Of a DNA stretch of 64,000 nt, positions 61,295 through 64,000 are shown piece by piece. A program made the translations under genes and the position numbers. The notes under the pieces are model-generated. The model saw nothing but the letters and a program-made list of their open reading frames with translations, was not told the origin of the DNA and made no database searches. Numbering within the stretch: position 1 is the stretch's first letter; each line of letters starts with the position of its first letter. The stretch covers positions 4,613 to 68,612 of the forward strand of contig JAJZIU010000001.1 in assembly GCA_021810455.1 (NCBI GenBank). The letters run 5' to 3'. The DNA is from Candidatus Micrarchaeota archaeon. Lineage in GTDB: Archaea > Micrarchaeota > Micrarchaeia > Micrarchaeales > CABMGC01.

Positions 61295-61394
61295 GCAGGG
61301 ATGGCAGAGCTTGGTCAAATGCGGCAGACTCAAGATCTGTTGGCTTAGGCCTACGAGAGTTCAAAAATGCATTGGACACATCTCTCTCCCTGCA
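61295..61394 (+). tRNA. tRNA-Leu(CAA), class II, with a ~15-nt insertion (non-canonical intron) in the T-loop
   Basis: GCAGGGA-TG-GCA-GAGCTTGGTCAAA-TGC-G-GCAGA-CTCAAGA-TCTGT-[TGGCTTAGGCCTAC variable arm]-GAGAG-TTCAAA[aatgcattggacaca]T-CTCTC-TCCCTGC-A. Removing 15 nt restores a canonical TTCAAAT loop and an 85-nt class II tRNA. The exact junction is ambiguous within the A-run. Confidence 0.75.
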
Positions 61395-61418
61395 CATCTA
61401 CTTATAAGGTGTTGTACT

Positions 61419-62144
61419 ATGGCCAAGAAAATAAACAAGACTGTAAAAAAGAATCCTGCAAAAGCAAAGAACAAGTTTGTAGAAAAACTGAAAGGTTCAA
61501 AAATAAAGGACAAGGTGCTGTTCGACGTGCCTCATTATCCTCAAACTGAGGAGTTCACGAGCTCTGCTGCTTGCGCAATGATGGTGCTAAAGTACATAAA
61601 CCCCGATTTTAAGTTCAAAAAAGAGAACGAGTATGGCATTTGGCAGGAAGCAGTCAATGGTAGCGTATGGCATGGATCAAAGTACGGGCTGGCCTTTGCT
61701 TTGGCAAAAAGAGGTGCGAAGGTAGGCATAATGAGCAATACTAAGGATGAAGGTTACGACAAGAAGATAGCAGTATACGAAAATGTTAATCTGGATACTC
61801 TATCTGCTTCATTCAACGAGATAAAACAGAAAGCCTCAAACGCAAACGTTCACGAAGAACACTGGCAGGTTTCAATAAATACTATAAAGAAAGCCTTGTC
61901 ATCGAACTGCATTCCAATAGTTTTGATAAATGCAAACGTAATAAATCCATATCTTGATCCTTCACCACACTGGGTAGTGGTTAAGGGTTATGACAAGGAT
62001 GCATTCTATATAAACGATCCATATTCTGACAGCACAATAACAATAGATCCTGACGCATTTAAAACGGCTTTAGGATTTGAATCAGACATGCATATGGTGT
62101 ATGCTGATTCAAAACACTTTCTGGAACTGAAACAGAAACAGTAA
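61419..62144 (+). CDS. Peptidase C39-like (papain-fold cysteine peptidase) with basic N-terminal tail
   Basis: ATG 61419 is preceded by TAAGGTG. The track start at 61290 lies inside tRNA-Leu. TSSAACAMMVL (candidate Cys) and PHWVVVKGYD...INDP (His/Asp) resemble the Peptidase_C39_2 layout. N-terminal MAKKINKTVKKNPAKAKNK. Confidence 0.55.
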   Translation: MAKKINKTVKKNPAKAKNKFVEKLKGSKIKDKVLFDVPHYPQTEEFTSSAACAMMVLKYINPDFKFKKENEYGIWQEAVNGSVWHGSKYGLAFALAKRGAKVGIMSNTKDEGYDKKIAVYENVNLDTLSASFNEIKQKASNANVHEEHWQVSINTIKKALSSNCIPIVLINANVINPYLDPSPHWVVVKGYDKDAFYINDPYSDSTITIDPDAFKTALGFESDMHMVYADSKHFLELKQKQ

Positions 62145-62182
62145 TCAAAGCTACTAATAAAGTATCCATTCTATTGGGTATT

Positions 62183-63049
62183 ATGCGTGAAAGATACGTT
62201 ATTGCATTAGGTGGAAATGCCATTTCTGATCATACGCTTCATAAGATATCCTATCTTATAGCTCTAGAAAATCGTAAAGGCAATGAGATCGTCATAACCC
62301 ATGGCAATGGTCCTCAGGTTGGCGAACTAGCATCTATTGAAAACAAGAACCTTGCAATACTGACTGCACAGACTCAGGCGGAAATAGGCCTAAACATCGA
62401 AACGTCGTTGATAAACGCCGATTCCAGTCTTGAAAATAGAGTCGCAGTTGTTCTAACGCGTGTCTACGTTGATAAAAATGACCCTGAATTTAGAAACCCT
62501 TCAAAACCTATAGGGCGATTCTATAATAGAAAACTAAAAGCAAATATTAAAAACAAAGAGATGGTTTTCAAAAACCTTATACATGGATATAGGCGGGTGG
62601 TGCCTTCTCCATATCCTCTTTCCATACCTGAATTATCCCTCATCGAAAATCTGCTCAAAAAAAGATACATAGTAATTGCATGCGGAGGTGGCGGAATACC
62701 TATTTTCAAATCTAATAATACTAAAATAATGGCAAATGCTGTGATAGATAAAGACGCCGTATCTTCACTCCTCGCTTCTGATTTGGACGCTGACAAATTC
62801 ATAATACTTACTAATGTGGATGGAGCATTCCTGAATTTCGGCAAGAAAAATCAAAAACACATAAGAACCATAAACTATTCCCAGTCTGATTATTATGTAT
62901 CTGAAAAACAGTTCGAGGAAGGAAGCATGTTGCCAAAAGTCAAAGCATGTATGTCGTTTGTCAAAAGAACTGGAAAACCAGCATCCATAGGGAGTATCAA
63001 CAAACCCGCAGACGCGTTCAGATACAAATCAACAGTGATAACTCCTTAG
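62183..63049 (+). CDS. arcC: Carbamate kinase
   Basis: YVIALGGNAI, ITHGNGPQVG, GYRRVVPSP.P and IACGGGGIP are amino-acid-kinase-family carbamate kinase signatures. ATG 62183 preferred over the track TTG at 62174. Confidence 0.85.
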   Translation: MRERYVIALGGNAISDHTLHKISYLIALENRKGNEIVITHGNGPQVGELASIENKNLAILTAQTQAEIGLNIETSLINADSSLENRVAVVLTRVYVDKNDPEFRNPSKPIGRFYNRKLKANIKNKEMVFKNLIHGYRRVVPSPYPLSIPELSLIENLLKKRYIVIACGGGGIPIFKSNNTKIMANAVIDKDAVSSLLASDLDADKFIILTNVDGAFLNFGKKNQKHIRTINYSQSDYYVSEKQFEEGSMLPKVKACMSFVKRTGKPASIGSINKPADAFRYKSTVITP

Positions 63050-63279
63050 CTCTCATTTATCTTTAATATAGCGTCAAGTAGTCCATGGGCATAAGATATG
63101 CAAGAGAACGCCGTGTATAAATCTCCCTTTTTAATGAAAGCTTTGCAATCACTTGCATACATCTCTGCAAGTTCGACAACTTTTTGTTGTCGTTTGTCTA
63201 TGCTACCAACCTTCTTAATATTATCATCGAAGATTCGCAAATCCTTCTCTATTCTACTAAGAACATCATCCATGATCAT
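63046..63279 (-). CDS. DUF357-family small archaeal protein
   Basis: 77 aa. AEMYASDCKAFIKKGDLYTAFSCISYAHGLLDAILK matches the DUF357 pattern (..Y..Da..f...gD...Al...sYa.GwLDA). 4-nt overlaps on both sides. Confidence 0.65.
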   Translation of the reverse strand: MIMDDVLSRIEKDLRIFDDNIKKVGSIDKRQQKVVELAEMYASDCKAFIKKGDLYTAFSCISYAHGLLDAILKINES

Positions 63280-64000
63280 TCTTCCATGTATGGTGCTAAA
63301 TAATAAGTTATCGAAGCGTCTCCTATGTTGTATTCTAATCTTAGCGGTTCGTTAGTCTTAAGTGCTATTGACATACTGTTTCCTTGAGGGCACGATTTTA
63401 CCATATTTTCAAGAAACTCAAGGTTGAAAGTAGATTCTGCAGTCTTACTTGCATCAACCTTTTTCATTATGTTACCATCTTCATCATGGAGTTCCTCGAG
63501 CTCTCCAGAATCTCCTCTTGCACTTACAGAGAACTGCCCTTTAGCTGCTTTAAATGATATATATGATGATATCAGACTTGCGTCTTTTATGATGTCCTTA
63601 AAAGGTTCCCCATTTATCTCTACTTTGGCATCAAATTCAACATTGGGTTCTTTCTCAACACTCTTCTTAACATCTATCAACTGGAGTTTGTACCTCCTTC
63701 TACTAGTCTGACCTATAAATTCGAGTGAAAGTTTGTTATCCAAATCTTTCATTACGAGTGTTTCTCCATCTCTGGTTCTCGAAAGTATCTTGTTAAGGTT
63801 GTCAAGATTTATTCCTACCGAAGTGTTCTTTTCAATTGTAAACTTTGAGAATGCTTTGTTCGGCATAAAGAACGATATCATGCTTATGCTGGAAGGATCC
63901 ATAGCCTTCAACCCTATACCCTCTTTTGATATAAGAAACAAGCCTTCGTCAACAAGACTGACTATGGCACCAACACAATCTCTCCAGTATTTTGCATTAT
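63276..64000 (-). CDS. pcn: DNA polymerase sliding clamp PCNA (5' end beyond the right window edge)
   Basis: GIGLKAMDPSSISMISFFMP..AF..F........GINLDNL.KIL.R is PCNA-typical. The frame stays open upstream of the track's internal TTG through position 64000 (...NAKYWRDCVGAIVSLVDEGLFLISKEG). Confidence 0.88.
   Translation of the reverse strand, partial: NAKYWRDCVGAIVSLVDEGLFLISKEGIGLKAMDPSSISMISFFMPNKAFSKFTIEKNTSVGINLDNLNKILSRTRDGETLVMKDLDNKLSLEFIGQTSRRRYKLQLIDVKKSVEKEPNVEFDAKVEINGEPFKDIIKDASLISSYISFKAAKGQFSVSARGDSGELEELHDEDGNIMKKVDASKTAESTFNLEFLENMVKSCPQGNSMSIALKTNEPLRLEYNIGDASITYYLAPYMEE

Noticed and set aside
61327-61338. Possible target of the candidate sRNA D-guide in the tRNA-Leu(CAA) anticodon arm (GACUCAAGAUCU vs required UACUAAAGAUCC)
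   Set aside because: Only 9 Watson-Crick pairs plus 1 G-U out of 12. One mismatch falls exactly at the predicted methylation position (C34), so it is not a credible guide-target duplex.
61290-61418. N-terminal 43 codons of the 284-aa track ORF
   Set aside because: This stretch is the tRNA-Leu(CAA) gene read as protein. The peptidase-like CDS has a proper ATG with TAAGGTG at 61419.

Overview
AT-rich, extremely gene-dense archaeal chromosome segment with roughly 70 protein genes and 4 tRNAs. I saw no rRNA, no CRISPR array and no recognisable transposase or integrase. Informational genes dominate. They include the exosome/proteasome superoperon (psmA-SBDS-rrp4-rrp41-rrp42-L37Ae-ORF-rpoP), RNase P proteins Rpp30/Pop5, EF-1alpha/S10, an Mrp-Orc1/Cdc6-Mre11-like operon, PCNA (cut by the right edge), a GINS-like gene, an OB-fold SSB and DNA gyrase B/A. 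Also present are two Lhr-type helicases (one followed by an MPE phosphoesterase and RNase HI), TFE, L44e-eIF2alpha-PAC2, fibrillarin, RtcB, HisRS and thioredoxin. Metabolic and other genes include geranylgeranyl reductase, an APC permease, CTP-type riboflavin kinase, ADP-forming acetyl-CoA synthetase alpha/beta, an M20 peptidase, a GCS2-like ligase, GH15 and carbamate kinase. Many genes overlap by 1-20 nt, convergent genes abut or overlap, and several proteins are shorter than their usual archaeal counterparts. Together with relaxed tRNA introns, a LamG pilin and a giant surface protein, this fits a small-genome archaeon (DPANN/Micrarchaeota-like or Thermoplasmata-like); that assignment is inference only. 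The most interesting signals are listed here. (1) A minus-strand block holds a TPR-AAA+ ATPase, a 1,847-aa Cys-rich double-anchored surface giant with a lytic-transglycosylase-like motif and NHL-like blades, and an untracked 37-aa hyper-acidic ORF abutting its stop. (2) A wHTH-receiver response regulator carries a degenerate GGDEF-like domain (NSEDF). (3) A candidate C/D box sRNA sits in the leader of a histone-fold gene. (4) tRNA-Leu(CAA) has a ~15-nt insert in the T-loop, next to rtcB. (5) A 12-bp perfect inverted repeat brackets ~73 bp of almost pure A/T and is flanked by AACCCT direct repeats, between tRNAi-Met and the GINS-like gene. (6) rpoP is an untracked 44-aa ORF. All functional calls rest on motifs recognised by eye; no database search was run.
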